A stretch of DNA of 64,000 bases from Lama glama (taxonomy: Eukaryota), in NCBI GenBank assembly GCA_028534125.1, contig CM052816.1, forward strand, positions 55,864,001 to 55,928,000, in the 5' to 3' direction. The position numbers and the translations under genes are program-made. Numbering within the stretch: position 1 is the first letter of the stretch; each line of letters opens with the position of its first letter. The notes beneath the pieces are model-generated. The model had not been told where the DNA came from. It saw only the letters and a list, made by a program, of their open reading frames with translations, and did no database searches. Below are positions 53,198-64,000 of the stretch, piece by piece.

Positions 53198-53263
53198 AAT
53201 AAAGGCATTTTTGACATAAGCTGTATTGATGCTCTGGTTTTCTTTTTACTAACGTAAAATAAA
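53198..53263 (+). terminator. ANKRD31 polyadenylation signals (AATAAA at 53198 and 53258)
   Basis: Two canonical hexamers about 190 and 250 nt after the stop; the first is followed by a GT/T-rich tract (ctgtattgatgctctggttttcttttt). Confidence 0.7.
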
Positions 53264-53896
53264 AGCTCATCTTTAAATCAACACCTCTACCTTTGCATAA
53301 ATTATGCTAGTTCCAAATAAGAGTGATAATTGGTCCTGAAAAGTCCCTGGTAAAGTGAACCTACTTTAAAAAAAATTTTAAAGAATTTAAAAGAATTTAA
53401 AGAATTTAAAAAGAATTTTAAAGTCCCAGTACCTTCCCCTATTTACTTTGAAATTTATCTTGAAATCAAAATGTAGAGTTATGAAAGAGGTTTTTTTTAA
53501 GTTTCATAAAATTTATTGTGGGTAGAATTGTATCTATGCTAAATCTTAGAACAAAAAATGAATCAAACGTTGATATGGGGACTGATTATTTTAGATAGGA
53601 TATATTTCACCTTTGATTTTTGCTACATTATCATGATTTTTTTTTAAAGGGTTATATTCAAGAGCTTTATAAGTTACTATGAGCTTTGTTTATAAGGGTC
53701 TGTCTTAATCCTTTAATAGCCATCTTATTCTTATCCTTCTTCACCCCAGGCTCCCAAATACACTTTTAAACTTTGTGGTCTAATTCTATCCCTTCTCTCT
53801 CATTTGGGTAGAGAAGTCAAAATTGCAATAAAAATCACTCTAGCCAATGCTCAAATTTGGAGAGGGGAGAGAGGAAGTGATATGGTGTTGGTTTCT

Positions 53897-54041
53897 AAAT
53901 TTTTTTATTTATTTTTGTTTGTGGGGGAGGTAATTAGGTTTATTTATTTACTTATTTACTTTAATGGAGGTACTGGGGGTTGAACCCAGGATCTCATGCA
54001 TGCTAAGCACGCGCTCTACCACTGAGCTGTATCCTCCCCCC
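53897..54041 (-). mobile_element. tRNA-derived SINE (camelid Vic-1-like)
   Basis: The reverse complement reads gggggaggatacagctcagtggtagagcgcgtgcttagcatgcatgagatcctgggttcaacccccagtacctcc with A and B boxes; TSD tggtgttg at 53883-53890 and 54042-54049. Confidence 0.85.
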
Positions 54042-55877
54042 TGGTGTTGCTTTTTGATATTTTCTTATTTTAAATGTACAGAATCTTAAATATCTTTAGG
54101 ATACATAAGAAACTTGTCAACAGATGCCTGTGAAGATAAAAATTATGGGTCTGGAGAACTGAAGGCAAAAGAAGACTAAGTACATGTTACTTTTTGGCAG
54201 CTTTTGAAATTGGTGCTGCATGTGTGTTCTTTCTATTCAGATAAAAATTTTAAATTTCTGTAAAGAAAGCACTTGGAAAGGTTTGCCTATTAAAAAGAGT
54301 GCAAAGACAGATCGTTTTATTTTTCTTCCTTTGAGAGTCCATTGAAAATGTTCAGGATAGAACGACCCTACGTGTTATAATATTTGAGAACTGATGAGAA
54401 TTTTATTATTCCATTATCATTTTCTTGAACTATCCAGTTTTCCAAATTTTTGAATAATCTACCTGAGGTGGTCTATATGACTTTTATTACTTAAGGAGGT
54501 GTTTCAAACATGGGCCATTTGGGAATGCATGTACTAATGGGGGAAACTGTATATATAAGTAAGTGAAAAAAAATGCAAATTGTTAAACAATGGTTAATAC
54601 AGACCTGGTTGTGTTAAATAAAAATTATATGTCTGTGGGTGCATGTATAATATATATAGCCATATAAATACACATATTTTATATTATGTATGGCATATCC
54701 ACTCTAAGCTGTGAAATGTGTATTTGTATGGATAAGTATGTGTGTGGGGTAGAGGATGTCAAGTAAAAGGACTGGAATGCTACAAATAAATCTGTTTGCA
54801 GTGCCTGTCCCTAAGGGAGTTGGACTGGGGAAGGCAGAAGGGTACTTTTACAGTTTACTGTCAACTTAAAGCTACACACACATTTCTTTTGTAATTTAAA
54901 AATTTTTTTTAAAAGAATAATTTAAGAGCAGGTATTTTGTTTAGTGATTACAACTTACAAAAGCCTTGCATTCTAAGTTTATAGTACAAGAAATCTTGCA
55001 ATTCTGAGTTCTCGTTTTAATGATCAAGTTCTTAGACTTAATTATCCAAGCCTACTTGACATTAAATATACCAGCTGGTAGCTGACATAACACCTGCTAG
55101 AAGCATGTTGAGTACTGCCAAACTAAACAACAAAAACAGAACCAAATCAAAGAACTAAACCTCGCATCAGGGTTGGGGGTCTAGACATCTGCCTTACCCC
55201 AGATCATCCCTGTGAGAAGACTGGACAGTTTAGGGTGTTGGATAGATGTTTTGCCTCTTCTGGGTTCTAAATGAAATGCTGAAGCTTTCAGACCCTAAGC
55301 CATAAAAGAGACTTCCAAAAATATCTAATAATCCAACTTTCTCTGATGCTTGTATCATTTCTATGAAACTAACTCCTTGAGCATCTCCAGGATACTCCAT
55401 ACCCAGCACAGAAGCCTTCTCCCTTCCAGGCAAGTACACCTAAGTATTAGAAAGCTGGAACCCCAGTGTCCCAGGACTCATAATCCATTATGACAAAATA
55501 ATACTTTAAGACTTACATTACGGCACAAGCCTCCCCTGGTCTGACTGCTGATAAGCATCTTGTCCTCCTCTCCTCCATTTCTCTGTTATTCAGTGCCTTC
55601 TACTTTCCCTCCTGACTTCATCCTCAATCTAGACTATATGCAACAGTAATCGTATCCCATGTCTCTCACCCCAGTTCTTTCCCGTGTAAAAACTTGCAGC
55701 ACATCATGCCAAATTGTTCTTCCTAAAAGTCTATTTTACTTCCATGCTGTGGCTGTAAGAGTGAAATATAGGCCCAATATTTGAGGCCCCTCCTCTCTGG
55801 TCCTGACATAACTCCAGCTTCAACTCCCAGTCATCTCTAACCTTTGACTCATTCTTAAACTCCTTTTTAAATCCTTC

Positions 55878-56279
55878 TTACAAGTTGAGTCGTGTCCTTT
55901 CAAAACGCGTATGTTGAAGTCCTAACCCCCCAGTATCTCCAAATGTGACTGTATTGGGAGATAGGACCTTTAAAGAGATGATTCAATTAAATCAAGCCAG
56001 TTACAGTGGGTCCCGATGCAATCAGACTGGTGCCCTCATATGAAAAACTTTGGACATAAAAAAGGGACACCAGGGATGCATGTTTGCAGGTAAAAGACCA
56101 TGTAAGGACACAGCAAAAAGGCAGCCATCTGCAAACAAAGGAGAGAGACCTCAGAACGAAATCAACTCTGCTGACTCTTTGATCTTGAACTTCTACCCTC
56201 CAGAAGTGTGAGAAATAACTTTCTGTTGTTTAAGCCACTCTGTAGAATTTTGTTATGGCAGCCCTAGAGCAGTGACGCA
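55878..56279 (+). mobile_element. MLT1B-like solo LTR
   Basis: gtatgttgaagtcctaacccc..aatgtgactgtattgggagataggacctttaaagag..tttctgttgtttaagccac..ttgttatggcagccctag. Confidence 0.85.
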
Positions 56280-57019
56280 GTCCCTGCTGTACCCGACGCT
56301 TGTCTACACTACAGGGAACGTTCCCTCTCCCCGCGGTCCATCTCTGAGTCCTCTCCTCGTATACGACCTCCTGTGTGCTTTCTCAGGCCAAACACTTAGT
56401 ATTTACTGCTTGATATTATTAGTTTTCTTTTCATGGCTTATCTCCCTCAAGTAGCTGGAAAACTTGTTTAGGTCAGGTTTAGGGTTTTACACTTTGTGTT
56501 TCCAGTAAAATATCTCGAACATACCAGATACTTAAGAACTATTAATTGGTTAGAGTGTTTTCAAGTACAATAACATGAAACTTTATTCAAATGGAAACTT
56601 TATTATTTCATATAATAAGTCCAGAGGTAGGAACCTTGGGGTTAGTTAATTCTTCAACTCAACTGTGTCATTATTGTTTCCATCTTTCTTCTAGCTCCCT
56701 TCACAGTGCCAAGATAGTGTACGTGCAGAAACAGCAACATTAGAAGAAGAAAGAAACATTTCTTCCAGTGCACATCTTTTGGGAAGAAATTTTCCCTGAA
56801 CCTCACCACCACCCAGGAAATTGTATCTCGTTAGCCAAAATCGTACCATCTTCTTGTTCCTAAATCAGTCACTAGCCAGGGAAGTGGGGTTACCTTGACT
56901 GGCTGAGAAAAGTAAGTACATGCTCTCGTGCAGAAAAGTAGTCAGCTGTACGGACTCCAGACTCTGCCAGTAAAAAAAATCCACACGTGTAAGACAGGGT
57001 GGGGCAGGGGTGGTTGGGG

Positions 57020-57262
57020 TAAGAGTTAATATTTATTGAGCATTTAACATACGCCAGTCATTGTTATAAGCACGTGCAATGTATTACCTCAATTAATCTT
57101 CACCACACCCTATGAGGTAAGAAAATTATTACCCCCATTTTACAGATGAGGAAACAGATAAAGGATGAAGTAACTTGGCCCAGTGTCACACAGCTACCAA
57201 GTGGTAAATCTGGAATTCAAACCTGGGACTCTGGCTTCAGAACTGATCCTATTAAGTGCCAT
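57020..57262 (-). mobile_element. MIR SINE
   Basis: cccattttacagatgaggaaacag..aagtaacttggcccagtgtcacacagct..ggaattcaaacc core. Confidence 0.85.
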
Positions 57263-58148
57263 GTATTTCCTCTCTGTCAACCAGAAGTATTTGCCTGGAA
57301 GGACAAGGACAGACAGAGATACTCATTGGTAGGAAATGGAATGTGGAAGTCTTATTGGGCGAGTTTCAGTAGGAACACATTGGTACCTACTCTTAGGCTC
57401 CCTCTTTTTCAACTTGGGGAGTTCCAGGCATAAAGAATGGGTAAAGCTTGTTCATCTGAGATATTGCTCAAACTCTGTTCATGGAAAACTACCCTGTTAA
57501 AGGAATGCATGTGCCCATAGGACTTGGGTTTTAAGTCCCTTTGGATTCTCAAGACTATGAGGACTAATAGCACATAACCTCCACCTTTGTTTCTTGGACT
57601 CCTTCATCTTGTTTCTTCTTATATCACTTTGTGGAACCCGACTCTGCAGGAGGAAACCAGGGACATACCTTTCTTAAACACATAATAGCCAGGAAATGTG
57701 GTAAGTTTCTGCTTACACTCAATCATAATATTCTCATGTCGCTAATTCTTTTATCACCTAAATAAGAGGAACAGAATTTGAGGCCACGTCGAATCAAGTT
57801 GCCTCTATCTTAGATAAGCCCTGACTACACAGTTAACTGCTGAATTCCTTGGGCATATTTGTGAGCTCATACTCGTTCATTTAGGCTACTTTGCCAAGGA
57901 CTTTAAAGTAGGAAGAGTAGATGCAAACATTTGAAGCTGTAATGTAGATAGTGGTACTTCTAAAGATAAAAGCAGTTAACATTTCTGTTTTTAGCTATTC
58001 ACATGACACCTTGAAGTTCAATGACGATGGCAGTGTGGCTGAGATATGAAGCTGGGTCACATCCCTCAAAGCTGGAGGCAAGGAAGTGGTAAGTCAGGGT
58101 ACCCAGCTGGTAGGTGAGCCTCAACAGTCACCCGACAGCTTCATCTCA

Positions 58149-58648
58149 NNNNNNNNNNNNNNNNNNNNNNNNNNNNNNNNNNNNNNNNNNNNNNNNNNNN
58201 NNNNNNNNNNNNNNNNNNNNNNNNNNNNNNNNNNNNNNNNNNNNNNNNNNNNNNNNNNNNNNNNNNNNNNNNNNNNNNNNNNNNNNNNNNNNNNNNNNNN
58301 NNNNNNNNNNNNNNNNNNNNNNNNNNNNNNNNNNNNNNNNNNNNNNNNNNNNNNNNNNNNNNNNNNNNNNNNNNNNNNNNNNNNNNNNNNNNNNNNNNNN
58401 NNNNNNNNNNNNNNNNNNNNNNNNNNNNNNNNNNNNNNNNNNNNNNNNNNNNNNNNNNNNNNNNNNNNNNNNNNNNNNNNNNNNNNNNNNNNNNNNNNNN
58501 NNNNNNNNNNNNNNNNNNNNNNNNNNNNNNNNNNNNNNNNNNNNNNNNNNNNNNNNNNNNNNNNNNNNNNNNNNNNNNNNNNNNNNNNNNNNNNNNNNNN
58601 NNNNNNNNNNNNNNNNNNNNNNNNNNNNNNNNNNNNNNNNNNNNNNNN
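58149..58648. other. Assembly gap (500 N)
   Basis: Run of N; the round length suggests a placeholder, so the true distance is unknown. Confidence 1.
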
Positions 58649-58649
58649 C

Positions 58650-58965
58650 TTAATGAGTACTGTTAGGTGTTCAACGTTGTTTCAGGTGCTAGGAATAAAG
58701 CATAGGATGTGACCAATTCCACGTCCTCATGGATAGTATGTCCTGAGTATGTCTACAGTAAACAAGCAAACATTTAATTTAATAAATTAATTAAATTCTG
58801 AAAATCTAAATTTCAGACAGTGATAAATGTCAGAAGATGACAGATCAGGATAAAGGGCTAGAAGGTGATATGGAGGTGGGACAGGCCATTGTTTTAAAAA
58901 GGAGCCAGGGAGGGCCTGATTTTGAAAAGTTGCATCTGAACAGACAACTGAGTGATGAGAAACTG
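58650..58965 (-). mobile_element. L2 LINE fragment
   Basis: taatgagtactgttaggtg..ttcaggtgctaggaata..gtcctcatgga..cagggagggcct, typical of antisense L2 3' ends. Confidence 0.55.
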
Positions 58966-60454
58966 CTTACAAATTCCATTTGCAGCCTCACTCATATCAT
59001 GTTTACTCTGTATGTCTCATGTCTCCTAAATTAGATGGGATTTTCTTCAAGGTCAGGGACTGTCTTTTATATTTTTGTATTCTTCCATGGCAACCAGTGC
59101 AGCATTTTGTACAGCAAGAACTCAAGTGAATCACACTAGACTCAAAAGCATTTTATCCTTAAATATACCTTTAAAGACTCAGCCAGCAGAGAATCTGGCA
59201 AGTTACCTGCTTGCTAAGTAAAGGAAAATCCAAGGAAACAACATATTAAAGCATCAGACACTCAGCCCAAGGCTAGACTTCCTATTTGCTTCCAGTTGCT
59301 AGCCATAGTCACAGATTCTTAATAGAACGCCTCCAAAACATGCCAAGATCTGGTCATCTGTGCATGACTCCATGGTAAGGCCAGACCCAGAGCTTTGATT
59401 ATCCGTTTCTGCTAGCTTACCATGTTGTGGTGTAATTTCTTTTACTCAACTTCTTACCAATGTCTCTGTGTGCCTTCAAGTTCCATTCAACCCCTATTTC
59501 CTTAAGATAACCAGCTGAGTTCTGCAGAAGGCCACACGATCCTACTATGTCTCTGAAGGCCAAAGGAGATTCTTTAATACCTTAGAAAATCCTCAGAAGT
59601 TTTCATGAAACCAATTCAAAAGGCTGGAGAGGATTTATCACAATTCCAATTTTGGATTCACGTAGCTTTTAGGAGACTTTCCATTTTTTTTTTTGCAGGA
59701 TTACTCTGCTCTTCAAATGCTTTCCTTGGGCCAAGAACAACACAATCAGTACTGGAAGGTTGACCCAGGAGGCAACATCACTTTGTGGGGAAATTCCTGA
59801 ATAAGGAATATTAAGACCAATGTGTTTCCTACCAGTTCTACAACTGATTTGCTGATTGACCTGGGCAAGTTACTTGACCCTTAAGCCCCAGGATCCTTGG
59901 TTGTATGAAATGATATTCGCTTCTCAGATAACACTCAAGACTGTCATAAAGAGCAAATAAAATTAATGAAGGAGAGACTACTTTACAGCCTGCTAATTGC
60001 TGCAGCATTACGGCATACTATTATTATAGCCACAGTAATTCACTGTGTTCCTCTACTCCATATGGTAGGTATGTGCATCCTTTCAGCCTCTTATTTCTGC
60101 AGCGAAAATTCAGAAGCTTCTGCCAGGCACACCTTCCCCCTTGGAGCTGTGTTTTTGATAAGCCCTCATTTATCTTTGCTTTTTCTACTTTTCCTTCAAG
60201 GATGTGCTTGGATCCCCCTCTGCTCTGAGTGAAATCCTTCAGTTACGTCCTCTTGGCTGAATTCCTCTAACGTGGCTGCCATCTGGCCCCAGTCAGTTGG
60301 CTCTTAGCATCTCCTATCTTGTTGGTTATGTTCTGGGTGCCAGGACTACCTCTGTAACTACTGTGTCTTTCTTAGAGGGGAGGGTCTGTGACTTATGCCT
60401 CTTTGCATCCTTAACTCAAGCAGTACATTTTCATTAACACTGACTTTTGAGGAT

Positions 60455-60860
60455 TGTACTAGGTTCAATAGTGTCTCTCAGGTTCATGTCTTTGCATATG
60501 TAATCAAGTTAAGATGAGGTCATACTGGACTAGAGTGGCCCTAAGTCTCATGTATGGTATCCTTAAAGAAGAGAGAAATTTGGACACAGGGGAGACAGGA
60601 AACAAGGCTCATGTAATGACAGAGGCAGAGATTGGAGTGATGCAGCTATAAGCCAAGGAATACCAAGGATTACCAGCAACTACCAGAAGCTAGAAAGAGG
60701 CAGAGAAAGATACGTCCCCAGATCCTTAAGAGGAGGCATAGCCCTGCCAGTGCCTTGATTTCCAGCTTCTAGCCTCCAGAATTGTGAAAGAATAAATTTC
60801 TGCTATTTTAAGTCACCCAGCTTGTGGTAATCTGTAACAGCAGCCCTGGGAAACTAACAC
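60455..60860 (+). mobile_element. MLT1C-like solo LTR
   Basis: aagttaagatgaggtcatactgga..gaggcagagattggagtgatgcagctataagccaaggaa..cttctagcctccagaattgtgaaagaataaatttctg..gcagccctgggaaactaac. Confidence 0.88.
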
Positions 60861-62549
60861 CCTGGGAATGCTGAGCACGCTGCAGAGGGTAGCAGAGGCC
60901 TGTCGCTACCACCATGCAGTCAAGGGCAACCTAAAACTGCTTTCTAAAGACGTGGGACGCTGGTCAGAGCACGGTATTCAGAGAAGGAAAAGAGTAACGA
61001 AGAGGACAGGGAATGAGTATAAAAAAACCCAAAACAAAGTTTACAAACTCTATGTTAAAGATATTTTTAAGGTCCTCATAGAAAGAGTTTGCTTTATGAC
61101 AAAAAGGTTGATCTGGGACTTGGAGAACAAAGAGCAAGTGAGTGACTGGGCAACCACTTTATGGTGTATTAAAATTTTTTTAAATGACCAATTTGGGAGG
61201 AACTGTGTGTGTATGGACTTCACAGCACCCATTGCTTGAGATACAGAAATCTATGCTATGAGCCTGGCTTATGACGGCTGGTGGGCTGTTTGGATTCTAG
61301 CCCTGGAGGCCTCAATTTCCTCCGTTGCTGACAGCATGGACGTTGGGACAGACCACTTGGGTCTGAGTTGTGACTCCATCACTCACTGGCAAGTTATTTT
61401 GCTTCACTTGCCTCCCTCTCCTCCTCTGTAGAATCAGAATAGAAATGGCATCTCCCTCAAAAACTTGTGATGATTGAAAGATAGACCTGCAGAAATTGCT
61501 TAGAACAGTGCCCGCCTGGATAATAGAAGCCTTAGTTGTTTCTATCTGCATCACCATGTGCAGATGAGGAAGACCCGAGGGTGAACTATGTGACCTTTAA
61601 TGAGTCTCCCAGAAAGAGGCGGTCCCACGGCAGATACGGAGATGAGTGAGTGCAAAGCTTGAAAGTAAGTCCACAAAATGCATATGAAAATTCTTGCTTT
61701 TCCCGACACAGGGAATGTTTACATTTTTTTTAAAGGCAGGGTGGTCTGAGGGTGTCTACTACTGCGGGCAGACTCCAGAATCTGGGAGTAGAGGATACGA
61801 CGTCCTAGGCAGCGCTCCCTCTTTGGGGTTTCCTGGGTCTCAAGACCTAATCGGTTTTACCTGGTACTATGAGGCTCCTCACAACCCACCTGGCAAACGA
61901 AAGGTTTTCAGTCAACATACGTTGACTGAGGAAGGGAGAAAGAAACCAGCTGGGATTAACTTCCCTGGTGCACCCCCTTCCCCGTAAGGCAGGCCCCGGG
62001 AGCCTCTGGCCCCTAAGGACTCGGAGCGCCGCGGGAAACGTCTGGAAGGGCGAGAACTACAAGCACAGCGTACGGCTTTCACTTCACAAAGCTAGCGTAG
62101 AACCCAATACCAGGGCTGAGGCATAGATAGTGCCCCCCGTTGGTGAAGTAGGCGTGTGCTTGCTTTTCTGCAGTTACTGGGTGAGCAGAATCGGTACCGG
62201 ATACCGCGCCCGCATGGCCCGCCACCCTCACCCCCACTTGAGGGTAAAGAGGAAGCTTTGGAGTGTCTATTTGACAAGGAGGCACAGACTGAAAAACAGC
62301 TTCGTTCTCTATTTATTGGGCCTAAAGCTCCACCTTCCCACGCTGCTCCTAGATGATATTTCTCTAGGCTGCGTGGGACACTGTCCTCGCCTTACCAATG
62401 AAAGCGGGGCGATTCCTGCAGGGCCGGAGCCTCGCTGAGTCCAGCCTTCGGGGGAAAGCAAAGAGTCGCAGATGTGAGTTTGCTTTGTCACTGCCCTCTC
62501 AGCGACTTTGGACAAGTCACTTAGTTTTCCAGACCTAGGCTTCCTTGCC

Positions 62550-63850
62550 GTTTAATGCGGGGAGGGAGCCGAACCTGGCTGACGCGCCAGGCAGCGGCGG
62601 AGAGCGGAGCGCGCGGCGCGCTCCTGGGAACTTTGCTCCGAGCGCGGAGCCGGGACCCCGGAGTGCGGGGGCGGGAGCTCCCTCCGCGGGAGCGCGGCGG
62701 CGGCGGCGCTCCTCCTTCCCTCCACGTCACGGGGGCCGCTCGGCGCTCTCCCACCACCGGCCGAGGGAGAGCAACTCCCAAGCAGGGCGCGCCGCCGAGG
62801 TGGCGGAGGAGGAGGTGGAGGAGGCGGGAGCCAGCCGCCACCGCTGTCGCCGGGGGACCGGGAGCCCGAAGCCCAACTCGCGGCCCCTCGGGAGCAGCGT
62901 CTGCAGCCACGGGGAACCCCGCGCTCGGGGCTTCCCCCCTCCCTGTCGTAAGTCGGCTTGGCCACGCAGGCCAGGGAGGAACGCGCGGGGCCGGGGTGCG
63001 GGGCTGTCCCGCCGTGGCGTGTGCGGGGCTCCTGGCCCAGTGGCGCGTGGCCAGGGCGTCCGGACCCCCTCCTCGCGACTTTCGTTTTCCCGCCGGGGAA
63101 AACTTGGGCGCCGGGTCCCCTGCGGGGCGGGGAGTGGAGGGGGCGTCGGCCCGGGGGAGCCGCAGCCGGATCCCAGGCCGAGCCCCAGCCTGGCTGTGCG
63201 CCCGCGGTGACTTCGGGGCCCCGCCGGCGGCTGTACGCTGGAAAGTTCTCCGAGGTCGGCGCTGGAGAAGAGGGCGGCGGGCTGCGGGGAGGGCGGCGCG
63301 TGTCAGCGTGAGGGTGCCCTGGGAGATGGGGCCGGGAGGCCAGCATCCCAGGTTACCGGAGCAGAGACGGGCCGGGAGTCGCCGGGCGCGTCCGCATCAG
63401 GGTTTCCCTGGGACTCTCCCCGAGCCGTGAGAACGCGGCTCCCGGACGCGCTCTTTTCTGGGGCGGGGGGCGCGCAGCCTCGTCCTCCGGGCTTAGACCC
63501 TCTCAGGTGAGGGGCGCCGAGGGGCGTGGTCCCCGAGGGACCTGCGGAGCCTGGGTCCCGACGCCGGCCCTTCCGCTCCCCCGCCAGCTTCTCCGCAGCC
63601 CGCTACCCGCGGGCCCGGGCCACGCTGTCTGGCAGCGGGAGGCGCGGGAATGGGCTGCTGGCGTGGCTTCTCCTTGAGGCCCAGGTAGGGTAGGATGTCT
63701 TAACAGTTTGGAGATTAGCTGCGGGGCTGACCTCCGGCCGCGCCCTCCGCTGGGACGGGCTTCGGCGCTTTTTAAGGTCAAGTTTTCTTGCCGCAGAGCT
63801 GGCCCCGGTCGTCCCTCTGCGAGGCGGCACCTCCTCCACCGAGCTGGGAG
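62550..63850 (+). promoter_or_regulatory. CpG island promoter of the next gene (probably GCNT4)
   Basis: Abrupt shift to very high GC and CpG density, several GC boxes (GGGGCGGGG), and an upstream CCAAT near 62395. Gene identity rests only on recalled mammalian synteny (GCNT4 lies downstream of ANKRD31 on the same strand). Confidence 0.85.
62790..62947 (+). other. GCNT4: Putative non-coding first exon (5' UTR) of GCNT4; 5' boundary approximate
   Basis: GGAGGAGG/GCC-rich leader without ATG, ending at a consensus donor GTAAGT (62948-62953). No glycosyltransferase coding sequence lies in the window, so the symbol is inferred from synteny. Confidence 0.55.
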
Positions 63851-64000
63851 CCTCAGAGCCAAGAGGTCTGGGCTCTCGGAGTTTACCATCTTTAACCTAG
63901 GCTAACGGTGCGAGTGGGTGGGTGGTGTTGTATAAATTTAAGAACTAATCTTTTCTGCCTAGGGGAGGTTTCCGCGTGGTTGTAGCCGGGAAACCTGTGT

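Noticed and set aside
53960..54041. tRNA gene (A and B boxes present; also ~14135-14205)
   Set aside because: Followed by a SINE body, A-rich tail and TSD; these are tRNA-derived SINE heads.
58086..58712. ORFs of 208 and 179 aa
   Set aside because: Artefacts of translating through the 500-N gap.
62050..62070. ACTACAA motif resembling the ZNF143/THAP11 promoter element
   Set aside because: Lacks the required TCCCA half.
62521..63905. Several long overlapping ORFs (129-291 aa) on both strands
   Set aside because: Arg/Gly/Pro/Ala-rich products expected from stop-codon scarcity in a CpG island; no recognisable domain.
1..64000. CRISPR array, operon or other prokaryotic/viral system
   Set aside because: No regularly spaced repeat-spacer units or dense ORF clusters; the architecture is a spliced mammalian gene with interspersed repeats.

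Overview
Mammalian genomic DNA, probably camelid (two copies of a tRNA-derived SINE resembling Vic-1, plus lineage-type L1 3' ends). The + strand carries the 3' part of ANKRD31, the meiotic double-strand-break scaffold. I traced 12 coding exons (69-53007) whose GT-AG phases join into one open frame of 1275 aa plus stop. It encodes a long disordered linker, an ankyrin-repeat cluster, a coiled-coil-like block, a RAMA-like domain and the C-terminal REC114-binding motif, and is followed by a short 3' UTR with AATAAA at 53198 and 53258. Introns and the intergenic region are filled with L1, MIR/L2, MLT1/MER21/ERV LTRs and hAT DNA transposons, and there is a 500-N assembly gap at 58149-58648. The window ends in a CpG island (~62550-63850) with a non-coding first exon, most likely GCNT4 by recalled synteny. 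No prokaryote-type system (CRISPR, operon) is present. The most interesting observation is a cryptic, frame-preserving 72-nt exon at 43686-43757, partly derived from a DNA transposon. It carries an in-frame TAG 28 nt before the last junction, so its inclusion would give a probably NMD-escaping ANKRD31 lacking the REC114-binding tail. Repeat family names and orthologue comparisons are from memory, not from database searches, and repeat boundaries are approximate.
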